Of a stretch of DNA of 64,000 bases, positions 1 to 9,141 are shown one piece after another. The notes under the pieces are model-generated. The model was not told the origin of the DNA and searched no databases. It worked only from the letters and a program-made list of their open reading frames with translations. How positions within the stretch are numbered: the first letter of the stretch is position 1; every line of letters starts with the position of its first letter. The stretch comes from Clostridia bacterium (GTDB lineage Bacteria; Bacillota; Clostridia; Acetivibrionales; DSM-2933): positions 62,486-126,485 of the forward strand of contig JAOAEJ010000090.1 of assembly GCA_026416815.1 (NCBI GenBank). Reading direction: 5' to 3'. Made by a program: the position numbers and the translations under genes.

Positions 1-1354
1 GAGCCTCGTTCCTTTTCAACGCCATTATTCCGCCAAGGCTTCCCACATGGGCTGACGCTACATATTCACCCCTGTACTTCCTCCGCATAATATCGGTAAC
101 TACATCTATCAGAGGATCATGGCTGCCTATTACCACCAAAGTATTTCTTATCTCATCCTCATTTTTCAACAGAGTAAGCTCTACCTCAGAGCCTGCCTCT
201 AGCCCTTCTGTATACATCGGTATATCTAATATCCCGTCAGCTTTTACAAAGGAAGTCACCACACCGGCGCCCCGGTTTAGGGGAGTCGCTATAAGCCTTC
301 CTCCAACGTCTCCAACCTTCATTCTCACAAACTCTCTATACTTAAGGGAGGACATAATCTTTCTTGATAAAGTAGCCTTTGCCTTTACACCTGATGGGTA
401 CTCAATCCTCATGAGGAACTCTAATACCCGCTTTACCACCTTCTCCATTACTATTATCCCCGACACAGGGTATCCGGGAACTCCAATAACAGGCTTATTG
501 TTTACAACACCTAAAATAGTAGGCTTACCTGGCCTTATAGCTATTCCGTGAATGATAACCTTCCCGGCTTCTGCAATAGCCCGCGCAGAAAAGTCTTCTC
601 TGCCTGCTGAGGAGCCAGCGTTTATAACTACTACATCACACTCCTCAGAAGCCTTCCGTATTGCTTGTACTATGCGCTCATACTTATCCGGCACTATATC
701 ATAACTCTCAGGCTCTGCTCCCCACTCCTTAAGCATCGAAGAGAATATTGAGGAATTGAATTCTATTATTTCACCTTCCTTCGGACTTCCGGTAGGGCTT
801 ACAATCTCATCTCCAGTAGGAATCAACCCAACTATCGGCTTTTTCCATACTCTTACCTTCAAAACTCCTCCTGCTAAAAGTGCACCTATTGCAGCAGGCC
901 GTATTTCAGTGTTTGACGGCAGTATCATCTCATTAGCGCAGATGTCCTCTCCTATCTGGCGTACATGCTGCCACGGTGTAGCTGCATTAAGAAGCTTTAT
1001 TGCACCACTCCCTATTTCAATTACATCCTCAATCATCACTACAGCATCGAATCTTTCGGGAAGCGGATCTCCGGTATCGACCCTCACAAAATCGGTATTT
1101 TCCTTTAGAATAACCGGAGTGGTTTCGGTAGCTCCGAAGGTACTACGTGCATAAAGAGCTATCCCATCCATTGCACACGCATTATAATGAGGTGAGGATA
1201 TTTTTGCATATACAGCCTCGGCTGTAATACGTCCAAAGGAGTCTTTTACTTCAATCTCTTCCGTCTCAATCACCTGGTCCAACAACTCCAGATTCTCTTT
1301 ATATATTTCAAGCGCCTTTTCAAGCTCAATGTTATTCAAATAATTAAACGCCAT
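1..1354 (-). CDS. moeA: MoeA-family molybdopterin molybdenum/tungsten-transferase, long form with a C-terminal PBP-like domain. N-terminal part only; the gene runs past the window start.
   Basis: My reverse-strand translation from ATG at 1354 reads MAFNYLNNIELEKALEIYKENLE...GIIVMEKVV...GSLGGIMALKRNEA with no stop before position 1. The MoeA core is followed by a periplasmic-binding-like extension. It is absent from the ORF track because it is open-ended. Translated by eye, so the frame is not verified. Confidence 0.55.
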   Translation of the reverse strand, partial: MAFNYLNNIELEKALEIYKENLELLDQVIETEEIEVKDSFGRITAEAVYAKISSPHYNACAMDGIALYARSTFGATETTPVILKENTDFVRVDTGDPLPERFDAVVMIEDVIEIGSGAIKLLNAATPWQHVRQIGEDICANEMILPSNTEIRPAAIGALLAGGVLKVRVWKKPIVGLIPTGDEIVSPTGSPKEGEIIEFNSSIFSSMLKEWGAEPESYDIVPDKYERIVQAIRKASEECDVVVINAGSSAGREDFSARAIAEAGKVIIHGIAIRPGKPTILGVVNNKPVIGVPGYPVSGIIVMEKVVKRVLEFLMRIEYPSGVKAKATLSRKIMSSLKYREFVRMKVGDVGGRLIATPLNRGAGVVTSFVKADGILDIPMYTEGLEAGSEVELTLLKNEDEIRNTLVVIGSHDPLIDVVTDIMRRKYRGEYVASAHVGSLGGIMALKRNEA

Positions 1355-1431
1355 ATTTTCACCCTTTAAATAATGAAGCTGTCAATTTCAATTATTCCTT
1401 CCATCCATGCTTTTCAGTTCAATACACAGTT

Positions 1432-1899
1432 CTATGGGTGTTTTACCCCATTTAAAAGCTTATTGATCGAATCCTCAAGTCTTTTGTTGCGAGTTTCCAC
1501 CCTCTTTGCACTTACTATCCACTGTACATACTCTCTTTTATTTGAATACGACAGTTCATTAAAGAACTTGTTTGCTGCCTCATTTTCTCCAAGCAGCTTC
1601 TCAAAATCCTCAGGGACTTCAACTACACGAGGCTGTTCATCACGCTTTATAATCACGTGAACTGTATCCCCCGGATTTTTACCTATAGTCTTCCTAATTT
1701 TTTGGGTTAGACCAAGGCAATGGCAGCGATACCCCATTTTAGCCAGCGAGCCTCTGTATTCATGCCCATCAAAGCTTGCGTGTACCTTTACCTGCCCCTT
1801 AGTGCCGAATTCCTGCTCCACATCATAAGGAAATTCTATAAAAGCTGCATCCATCCCATCATGCTTCTGTATGACTGCATTAAACTCGTAAATATCCAT
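1432..1899 (-). CDS. DUF1905/YdeI-type small protein
   Basis: ORF 1432..1926. An internal ATG at 1899 (MDIYEF...) is preceded by GGAGGA with 9-nt spacing. The domain call is from recollection of family sequence patterns. Confidence 0.5.
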   Translation of the reverse strand: MDIYEFNAVIQKHDGMDAAFIEFPYDVEQEFGTKGQVKVHASFDGHEYRGSLAKMGYRCHCLGLTQKIRKTIGKNPGDTVHVIIKRDEQPRVVEVPEDFEKLLGENEAANKFFNELSYSNKREYVQWIVSAKRVETRNKRLEDSINKLLNGVKHP

Positions 1900-1938
1900 A
1901 CAGTGTATCCTCCTACCTGTATTCAAAGCGCCCTCAAA

Positions 1939-3162
1939 TCAAAACAAGATAGCCTCAACTTCTTCCCCTGAAGCAATACCCTCGGAACCTCTGCTTATCC
2001 TTACATAGCCATCAGCAGTGGTCAACAGGGTTATTAGCCCTGACTTGCCGAATACAGGGTGAGCAACTACCCTACTGCCTTCCCGCTCCAACCTTACCGG
2101 CATAAACTCCTCCCTGCCATTATTAGATGGATAATTGTATGCCATTTCTACTCTTAACCGTTTCTCATACATGCCCTCCGAACCGTTTATTACATCCAAA
2201 AGATACCCTACAAATACTCTGAATATCATATAAGCTGAGGCTGGATGTCCCGGTAGGCCTACAACTGCTTTACCTCTTACTTTACCTATTATTGTGGGCT
2301 TGCCCGGCTTTACCGCAATACCGTGTACCAGAACACCGGGCTCTCCAAATGAATTTATCACATTGTATGTCTCATCCTTTGTCCCCACCGAACTACCGCC
2401 GGATACAAGCACTATATCGCATTCATCAAGGGCTTTTTCTACTACTCCCCTGATTTTACCATAGTCATCTCCTACTATACCGTATCTGACAGGTTCAGCA
2501 CCATAATCCTTCAACCCAGCATACAATGCGTAGGAATTTATATCCCTTACCTTGGCACCTATAACCTTATCATTTATATCTACAACTTCATCCCCGGTTG
2601 AGATTATTGCTACCTTGATTTTTTTCTTTACTTCCACCTGCTCATATCCCATAGCCGCAAGGGCCCCCACATCCTGGGGTCTTAATCTGCGATTGGGCTT
2701 GAGAATGGCACTTCCGACTTTAACATCATCACCCTTAAAAACCACATTATTACCCGGAGCTGAAGCCTTGTTTATATAAATATACCCATCTTTAAAATCC
2801 TCAGTATACTCTATCATAACCACCGAGTCGGCATTTTCCGGAAGCTCTCCCCCGGTAGGGATATAGGCTGCATGCCCCTTTTCAATAATCAAATCGGGCT
2901 TTTCCCCCATTTTGACCTCACCACCAAGCTTTAGCTGGGCAGGTAAAGAATCGGAAGCTCCAAAGGTATCGCTTGCTATAACAGCATATCCGTCTACCGA
3001 TGAACGGTTGAATGCCGGTACGTCTTCCCCTGCACAAACATCAACAGCCAGAATCCTTCCCACCGACTCCTCTATATCTATAACTTCATTCTCTAACTTG
3101 AAATTGCCAAAATAATTTTTTATAATCTCAAATACTTCATCTACACTTTTTACATTAAACAT
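1939..3162 (-). CDS. moeA: Molybdopterin molybdenumtransferase MoeA (second paralog, canonical ~400 aa)
   Basis: 407-aa ORF with the MoeA domain architecture; a GGxxxG-like SGGSSVG motif is present. Confidence 0.85.
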   Translation of the reverse strand: MFNVKSVDEVFEIIKNYFGNFKLENEVIDIEESVGRILAVDVCAGEDVPAFNRSSVDGYAVIASDTFGASDSLPAQLKLGGEVKMGEKPDLIIEKGHAAYIPTGGELPENADSVVMIEYTEDFKDGYIYINKASAPGNNVVFKGDDVKVGSAILKPNRRLRPQDVGALAAMGYEQVEVKKKIKVAIISTGDEVVDINDKVIGAKVRDINSYALYAGLKDYGAEPVRYGIVGDDYGKIRGVVEKALDECDIVLVSGGSSVGTKDETYNVINSFGEPGVLVHGIAVKPGKPTIIGKVRGKAVVGLPGHPASAYMIFRVFVGYLLDVINGSEGMYEKRLRVEMAYNYPSNNGREEFMPVRLEREGSRVVAHPVFGKSGLITLLTTADGYVRISRGSEGIASGEEVEAILF

Positions 3163-3168
3163 AAACCC

Positions 3169-3909
3169 TTATATCCTCCAGTTTTGCAAAAACTCTTTAG
3201 CTTCCTTACTCCGCGGGTTGTTCAGCATATCGGCAGCTTCCCCTTTTTCCATAACAACCCCACCCTGCATAAACACTATTTCGTCAGCTATTCTTGCCGC
3301 CTGGGAAGGGTTGTGGGTTGTAAAAATAATAGTAGAGCGGCTTTCACCGTTTACAGCCTTGATATAATCCTCTACAAGTCTCATACTGGAGATATCGGCC
3401 GCAGAAGCAGGCTCATCAAGCAGTATCAACCCTTTCCCCCCTGCCAGAGTCCTTGCAACAGCTACCCTCTGTGCCTCTCCTCCCGATAGTGAGCGCGCCC
3501 GTGCATTCGCAAATTCCTCCATACCTACGCACTCAAGAGCATGCTGTGCCAGCTTGTGCGCTTCAGGGATATTGCCAATTCCCAGCAGTATATTTTTCAA
3601 CACAGTCATATCAAATATATATGGCTTTTGCGGCATATACGCAATTCCATTATTGAGTATCCTTTCCGCCCCATTATAACAAACCTTTCCTCTATCACAC
3701 TTATCAACATTTGATATTATTCTCAGCATTGTAGTTTTACCCGAGCCATTAGGCCCGAGCACTGCATATATTTTTCCTCTTTCAAACTCAAGCTTATCTA
3801 TATTAAGCACAACTCTACCGTTGTATGCCTTTTCTACACCATTCAATTCAACCCTCATATATCCTCCTGAAACCTCTGCACTATCCAGTTTATGAGGAAG
3901 GAAATACAT
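3169..3909 (-). CDS. ABC transporter ATP-binding protein, tungstate/molybdate-type (TupC-like)
   Basis: Walker A GPNGSGKTT, signature LSGGEAQR, Walker B ILLDEP. Lies in an operon with a permease and an SBP. Confidence 0.75.
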   Translation of the reverse strand: MYFLPHKLDSAEVSGGYMRVELNGVEKAYNGRVVLNIDKLEFERGKIYAVLGPNGSGKTTMLRIISNVDKCDRGKVCYNGAERILNNGIAYMPQKPYIFDMTVLKNILLGIGNIPEAHKLAQHALECVGMEEFANARARSLSGGEAQRVAVARTLAGGKGLILLDEPASAADISSMRLVEDYIKAVNGESRSTIIFTTHNPSQAARIADEIVFMQGGVVMEKGEAADMLNNPRSKEAKEFLQNWRI

Positions 3910-4553
3910 AGAAGTATTATTCCCAAAGCCAAAGCCATGTCATAGTTGCCCTTACCCGTCTCAAGCACTATAGCAGTGGTCATAACACGGGTGGAAGATT
4001 CTATGTTGCCGCCTACCAGCATAACCGCACCAACCTCCGCTATGGCCCTTCCATAGCCTGCCAGAAGTGCTGAAACAATCGGATACCTGCATTCATAAAA
4101 GAGCAGCACAAGTGTCTTTTTCGTCCCTAATCCAAGACCCTTACACGTCTCCTGAACCGCAGCACTTTTAAGCTTTACAGCAGATATTGTCAGTCCTGTT
4201 ATTATTGGAAGCACAATCAGTACCTGCGCAATCACCATAGCTGTAGGAGTAAAAAGGAGTTGTAGTCCTCCCAGCGGCCCCTTACGGGATAAAAAAAGAT
4301 AAACAACAAGCCCCGCCACAACCGGCGGCAGCCCCATAAAGGTAAATATTATTCTTAATAACAATCTTTTTCCCCTAAAGTCCCGGCTTCCCACTCTAAT
4401 ACCAAAAGGCACCCCGGCTAAAGCCGAAATGCCTGTACTTAGTATTGTAACCACCAATGTAAGAGCTATTATCCGATAAACTTTCGGGTCGAAAAAAACA
4501 ACCAAATTCCAAGCGTTGATAAAACTCTTTAATATATCTTCCAAGTTAAACAC
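3855..4553 (-). CDS. ABC transporter permease (TupB-like)
   Basis: 232-aa polytopic ORF between the SBP and the ATPase. Its 3' end overlaps the ATPase ORF, suggesting translational coupling. Confidence 0.7.
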   Translation of the reverse strand: MFNLEDILKSFINAWNLVVFFDPKVYRIIALTLVVTILSTGISALAGVPFGIRVGSRDFRGKRLLLRIIFTFMGLPPVVAGLVVYLFLSRKGPLGGLQLLFTPTAMVIAQVLIVLPIITGLTISAVKLKSAAVQETCKGLGLGTKKTLVLLFYECRYPIVSALLAGYGRAIAEVGAVMLVGGNIESSTRVMTTAIVLETGKGNYDMALALGIILLCISFLINWIVQRFQEDI

Positions 4554-5438
4554 CTATTTTTTAGTATAGTTTACTTTAAACAAGCTTTCTCCATACTTAT
4601 CCTTACCAAACTCATTTACCAAATCAAGTACCTTGTCAGAAGTTATCCACTCTATAAATTTTTCTGCACCTTTACTGTTAATATCCTTATTCTTTTCAGC
4701 ATTTACCGCTATAACAGTATACTGGTTCAACAGGTCCTTAGCCTCACTTATCGCAATATCAAGGTCCAGCTTGTCCTTCATTGAGAGGTAGGTTGCCTTG
4801 TCGGTAAGAGTATAAGCCTTCTTTTCATTTGCCATTGAAAGAACGGCTCCCATTCCCTTTCCGGCAGAAACATACCATTCACCCTGAGGTTTGACTCCTG
4901 CACTTTCCCATAGGGTTAGCTCCTTCTTGTGAGTACCCGAGTCATCACCCCTGGATACAAAAGGTGCTTTGCTGCTCATTATCTTCTTGAGGGCATTTAC
5001 TGCATTAAGCTTCTCTCCCGAATTCTTACCGATACCGGCTGGATCATCCTTCGGGCCAACTACAACAAAATAGTTGTACATAAGCTCTATGCGCTTTACA
5101 CCGAAACCATCGGCAACAAACTTCTCCTCAGCCTTTTTGCTATGTACCAAAAGAACATCCGCGTCTCCGTTCTCACCGGTTTTAATAGCCTGTCCCGTTC
5201 CCTGAGCAATTATCTTTAAGGGTATCCCGGTGTCCTTTTCAAAAACAGGCTTAAGGTACTCTAGAAGGCCTGAATCGTTAACACTGGTAGTAGTGGCCAG
5301 TGTCAAAGGTGCGCTGCTTTTTTCACTGCTGCACCCTGTTAATGGGGCTAAGATAAGGATAAATGAAATTAAAAATAAAAAACCACTTTTAAGGAATAAA
5401 GTGGTACGTGAAGTACACATGGCTGTGCGCCTCGTCAT
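4554..5438 (-). CDS. Tungstate/molybdate ABC substrate-binding lipoprotein (TupA/WtpA-like)
   Basis: ORF 4554..5519. I place the start at ATG 5438 (MTRRTAM...) because AAGGAGG lies 8 nt upstream. Lipobox LTGC. The sequence resembles COG2998 tungstate-binding proteins. Confidence 0.7.
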   Translation of the reverse strand: MTRRTAMCTSRTTLFLKSGFLFLISFILILAPLTGCSSEKSSAPLTLATTTSVNDSGLLEYLKPVFEKDTGIPLKIIAQGTGQAIKTGENGDADVLLVHSKKAEEKFVADGFGVKRIELMYNYFVVVGPKDDPAGIGKNSGEKLNAVNALKKIMSSKAPFVSRGDDSGTHKKELTLWESAGVKPQGEWYVSAGKGMGAVLSMANEKKAYTLTDKATYLSMKDKLDLDIAISEAKDLLNQYTVIAVNAEKNKDINSKGAEKFIEWITSDKVLDLVNEFGKDKYGESLFKVNYTKK

Positions 5439-5457
5439 GACTAATTCCTCCTTTTCA

Positions 5458-5550
5458 AAATGGAAGGCAGAACCGTTTCCCGTTCTACCCGACGGCCTAA
5501 ATCCCATCGCATAATGCATTAGGGCTTAAGGCTCGGAGAATTTATTAAAT
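5458..5550 (-). promoter_or_regulatory. Candidate Moco (molybdenum/tungsten cofactor) riboswitch in the 5' leader of the tungstate transporter operon
   Basis: Minus-strand leader reads UCUCCGAGCCUUAAGCCC...GGCCGUCGGGUAGAACGGGAAACGGUUCUGCCUUCC and runs into the AAGGAGG RBS. It contains CCGAGCC, GGGAAAC and terminal GCCUUCC elements reminiscent of the Moco RNA motif. The placement, upstream of a tup/mod transporter, is typical. The consensus is recalled from memory. Confidence 0.4.
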
Positions 5551-5794
5551 TCTTATCACTAATGATACAATACCAGCCTTGACAGGTCAATATACACGTT
5601 GCTGAATAAATCGTAATAAGCCATAAATATTTTGTCACAGTTGTCCACAGTAAAACACTTAAAACTAAAAGTTATCCAGAATTTTTGAACTTAATCAACA
5701 ACAGCCTAGAATATGTATGATAAAATAGACTACAAATCCCCTTATATGGAGGAAACAAAATGATGGAAGTGTTCCGAACAGGAGGTTATGCTTC

Positions 5795-6286
5795 ATGATA
5801 ACGGTAGGAATTTTAACCGCAAGCGATAAAGGATCTATGGGAGAAAGACAGGATGAAAGCGGTAAAGTGATAGCAGAAATGATTAATGAGATAAACGGCG
5901 AAGTTTCCGACTACAGGATGGTACCCGACGAAAGAGAAATTATATCTGCTGCATTAAAGTCAATGGCCGATGACAAGGGTATAGACCTTATACTTACCAC
6001 TGGTGGTACCGGCTTCTCACCAAGGGACATAACTCCCGAAGCGACTCTGGATATCATTGAGAGACAAGTTCCCGGGATACCCGAAGCTATGCGTTCAAAA
6101 AGCCTTGAAATCACCCCAAAGGCTATGCTATCCAGAGCTATAGCAGGTATACGTGGAAAAACATTGATAGTCAATCTTCCCGGCAGTCCAAAGGGCGTAA
6201 AGGAATGTCTCAGCGTTATATTACCAGTCCTTCCCCATGCGATAGAAATACTCAAAGGACAAACCGGGGAATGTGCAGAAAAGTAA
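5795..6286 (+). CDS. mogA: Molybdenum cofactor biosynthesis protein MogA/MoaB
   Basis: 163 aa with a GGTGF motif typical of MogA/MoaB. Confidence 0.8.
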   Translation: MITVGILTASDKGSMGERQDESGKVIAEMINEINGEVSDYRMVPDEREIISAALKSMADDKGIDLILTTGGTGFSPRDITPEATLDIIERQVPGIPEAMRSKSLEITPKAMLSRAIAGIRGKTLIVNLPGSPKGVKECLSVILPVLPHAIEILKGQTGECAEK

Positions 6287-6372
6287 AAGTTACATTATCT
6301 TTTTCGTATTATAAACAAAGGGTGAATGTTTTGAATAACTATCCATCAAAACCTCACCCTTGCTATAGTTTA

Positions 6373-6615
6373 TCAACCGCCTATAATTGCCGGATAAACC
6401 TTCAGTCTGTCTCCATCGGTAAGAATGTACTGGTCATCGACAATCTTGTTCTCATTGTCCTTTATAACAGTGATAAAACCTATCTCCTCTTTGGGTATTC
6501 CTGCTGAAGACACAGCTTCCACAACTGGGGTACCTTCACTAATCTCCAGTTCAAGAGAGGCGTTGCCTCCAGTAAATCTTTTGAACCATGTCGTAACTTC
6601 TATATAAACCTTCAT
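6373..6615 (-). CDS. moaD: MoaD/ThiS-family sulfur-carrier protein
   Basis: ~80 aa, C-terminal GG, directly downstream of the AOR gene. Confidence 0.65.
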   Translation of the reverse strand: MKVYIEVTTWFKRFTGGNASLELEISEGTPVVEAVSSAGIPKEEIGFITVIKDNENKIVDDQYILTDGDRLKVYPAIIGG

Positions 6616-6637
6616 CAAACCACTTCCAGTACTGGCA

Positions 6638-8392
6638 TTACCGATTTTCAGCCGCCATAAATTCTTCTATCTTCTTATTATACATCCCTATAAGCTCATA
6701 AGCAATTTTCTCATCAAGCTGCCCAGACATACTAGGCGTTTCAAAAAATCTCTTTGGCAGCTTCACACTCATCTGATCAAAGCCCAGCGCTTTTTTGATA
6801 CGCAGCTTGGCCCTGTAAATTCGCTCCCCGATGGCAGTCAGTTCCTCATCAGTGAGATTATTTCCAATGGAATTCAGAGCAGCGAGTATAGTTTTCCTGT
6901 CATAAACCTTCCTGGCAAACAAGCATATAACCAGAGAGTTCAGCATACACCTTTCCTTTTCTTCAGCAAAAAGGGTGTCTACTATCTTTTCCTTATTGAA
7001 TTCCTTCATGGACTGGTCTAAGGAGTAACCTCCATTACACAGATGGGAGTGCCTTGCCCCAACAGCAGCACCTACAACAGCAGCATAGCCGGTATGGTAG
7101 CCTGCCATCTCATTCTTAGCAAGCGTCATAGCGAACTCCTTACCGCCGTAAACATCTGAAGCTTTATCCGCACCTTGGGCAAGAACACTATAGAAATCAT
7201 TTTCCTTATAAGCCATATATTCTATAGCCTTTTTATAACTTGCAACATTTCCGAAGGCCAGCGGAACTATCGTCTGTTCCTCGGTTATAAGCTTCTTCAT
7301 AAACGCCTCAGTCGCCCATCCGAGAACAACGCCGGTAGACATGGCATCAAGACCCATTTGCTCAACCACATCAATAAGATCAAGAATATCATTGGGTGTC
7401 TTTACACCAAGGAAGCTTCCGAGAGCGAAAATTAATTCGTAGTCGTATCCTACGCTTATAACCTCATACTCGTGTCCCTTATCAAACTCACGCCTCAGCT
7501 GACCTATATGTATACATCCTACCGGACAGCCTGTACAGGCCATTTTCCTCACGAGATTTTTCTGAGCAAAGGCTTCCCCGGAAATACTCTCACCGTGCTC
7601 AAACACATTCTGTCTGAGGTTTTTAGTGGGCAAGCCTCCTACAGCATTGAGCGGCTCAATGTTGATTGGAGTTCCTACATCATGGTATTTGGACATTATC
7701 TCGGTATCGGTAACTCTGTTGTATATTTCCTGATAAACCTTAAAGTAATCTTTAAAGTTTTTAATAGGCACACTTCTATCACCGACTATAGATATCGCTT
7801 TAAGGTTCTTACTCCCAAAAACGGCTCCAAGACCCAATCTTCCGAAATGCCTGTATGTATCGACGCATACGCTGGCAAAGCTGGACATATTTTCCCCACC
7901 GGGGCCAATCCTGATAATACTTCTCTTTCCGCCGCCGGGCTCTCTTTCCCTTATAATCCTTCCAACCTCGTCGGAAGTAGCACCCCATAAAGCCCTTGCA
8001 TCCTTGAATCCTACATCATTTCTGCTAATAGTGATATAAGAAGGCCTCTTAGCCTTACCGAGGATTACAACAGCATCATAGCCTGCGAGGAACAGTGTCA
8101 TGGCCATTCTTCCCCCAGCGTAACTTTCTCCCAGTTCTCCGGTAAGTGGAGAGCGAAACATCGCCACTGTCTTTGTCACAACAGGAAATACAGTAGAGGC
8201 CGCTCCTATGGCAAATATTATAGGCTGGTCTTCATGCAGAGGGTCCAACTCGGGTTTTATATTCTCCTCCAGCAGCTTGGTGGCAACACCTACTCCTCCA
8301 AGGTACTCACAAAGGTCTGCCCTGTTTTCTATTCGGATCTTATTTTCAGTCATATCTATGTACAAAACTCTAATATATTTCTCATAAATCAT
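6638..8392 (-). CDS. Tungsten-containing aldehyde:ferredoxin oxidoreductase (AOR family)
   Basis: 584 aa. Cys-rich AOR N-terminal and C-terminal domains (CTGCPVGC). GGAGG sits 10 nt upstream of ATG 8392. Confidence 0.85.
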   Translation of the reverse strand: MIYEKYIRVLYIDMTENKIRIENRADLCEYLGGVGVATKLLEENIKPELDPLHEDQPIIFAIGAASTVFPVVTKTVAMFRSPLTGELGESYAGGRMAMTLFLAGYDAVVILGKAKRPSYITISRNDVGFKDARALWGATSDEVGRIIREREPGGGKRSIIRIGPGGENMSSFASVCVDTYRHFGRLGLGAVFGSKNLKAISIVGDRSVPIKNFKDYFKVYQEIYNRVTDTEIMSKYHDVGTPINIEPLNAVGGLPTKNLRQNVFEHGESISGEAFAQKNLVRKMACTGCPVGCIHIGQLRREFDKGHEYEVISVGYDYELIFALGSFLGVKTPNDILDLIDVVEQMGLDAMSTGVVLGWATEAFMKKLITEEQTIVPLAFGNVASYKKAIEYMAYKENDFYSVLAQGADKASDVYGGKEFAMTLAKNEMAGYHTGYAAVVGAAVGARHSHLCNGGYSLDQSMKEFNKEKIVDTLFAEEKERCMLNSLVICLFARKVYDRKTILAALNSIGNNLTDEELTAIGERIYRAKLRIKKALGFDQMSVKLPKRFFETPSMSGQLDEKIAYELIGMYNKKIEEFMAAENR

Positions 8393-8801
8393 TGTCTACT
8401 TCCTCCATTCTCAAGCATTCATGAGGACAGAACTTAGCGCATACCCCACAGTGCTTGCAAATAATCGGCTTGTTTTCCTCTTCATCATAGTGCACTGCGC
8501 TTACAATACAGGCAGTCTCACATTTTCTACAGCCTATACATCTCTGTGCCTTAAATATAACACCGCCTCCAGGCCTCTTTTCCAAAGCCCCCGAAGGACA
8601 TGCTTCAGCACATGCTCTTTCATCCCTGCAGGCAAGGCACACAATAGATATAAATTTTCCTTGCAAACCACCACTGGTTTTAACTCTTATAGCACTTTTG
8701 GACAACGAATAATTTTGACGGTTAACCCCCGAACAGGCCAGCATACACGTAAAGCAACCAATGCACTTATTCATACCGTCTGCTCTCAGAACTTTTGGCA
8801 T
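8382..8801 (-). CDS. 4Fe-4S dicluster ferredoxin-domain protein
   Basis: 139 aa with multiple CxxCxxCxxxCP motifs. Overlaps the AOR start by 11 nt. Confidence 0.8.
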   Translation of the reverse strand: MPKVLRADGMNKCIGCFTCMLACSGVNRQNYSLSKSAIRVKTSGGLQGKFISIVCLACRDERACAEACPSGALEKRPGGGVIFKAQRCIGCRKCETACIVSAVHYDEEENKPIICKHCGVCAKFCPHECLRMEEVDNDL

Positions 8802-9016
8802 AAGATTCCCCCCTATTGATAGAATTACTAATCTAAATATCGAATCCTACTACTTATACATATTGTTATTATTTTAACATATCCAGATATTTTTGCATAT
8901 ATTTTAGTACAATTTATTAAAATATATGAATAAATTTATCGAATATGAAATATAAACTTTATACAAATTTAATAACCCAATCTATAGATACCCAAAGTTA
9001 GGGTCAAAGACATTTT

Positions 9017-9102
9017 GCCCCTTCCCGAGGAAGGGTATCTTCCATTTTGCGGCAAAGCCGCAATCAGGAGGGCTCTGCCCCCTGAACCCCCAGCTTAAAG
9101 TT
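9017..9102 (-). repeat. GC-rich ~60-nt conserved intergenic element (copy 1 of 2) plus an adjacent copy-specific hairpin, just 3' of the histidine kinase gene
   Basis: TTTTGCGGCAAAGCCGCAATCAGGAGGGCTCTGCCCCCTGAACCCCCAGCTTAAAGTT is near-identical to 53248..53306. Hairpins GCGGC/GCCGC and CAGGGGG/CCCUCCUG pair best on the minus strand, using a G:U pair. Confidence 0.6.
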
Positions 9103-9141
9103 TTAAGGTTCGTTATCTATATATAAAAAGCAGATAGGATT

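Noticed and set aside
756-1154. 132-aa plus-strand ORF
   Set aside because: It lies entirely antisense within the open-ended MoeA-like reading frame on the minus strand. No RBS. Likely spurious.
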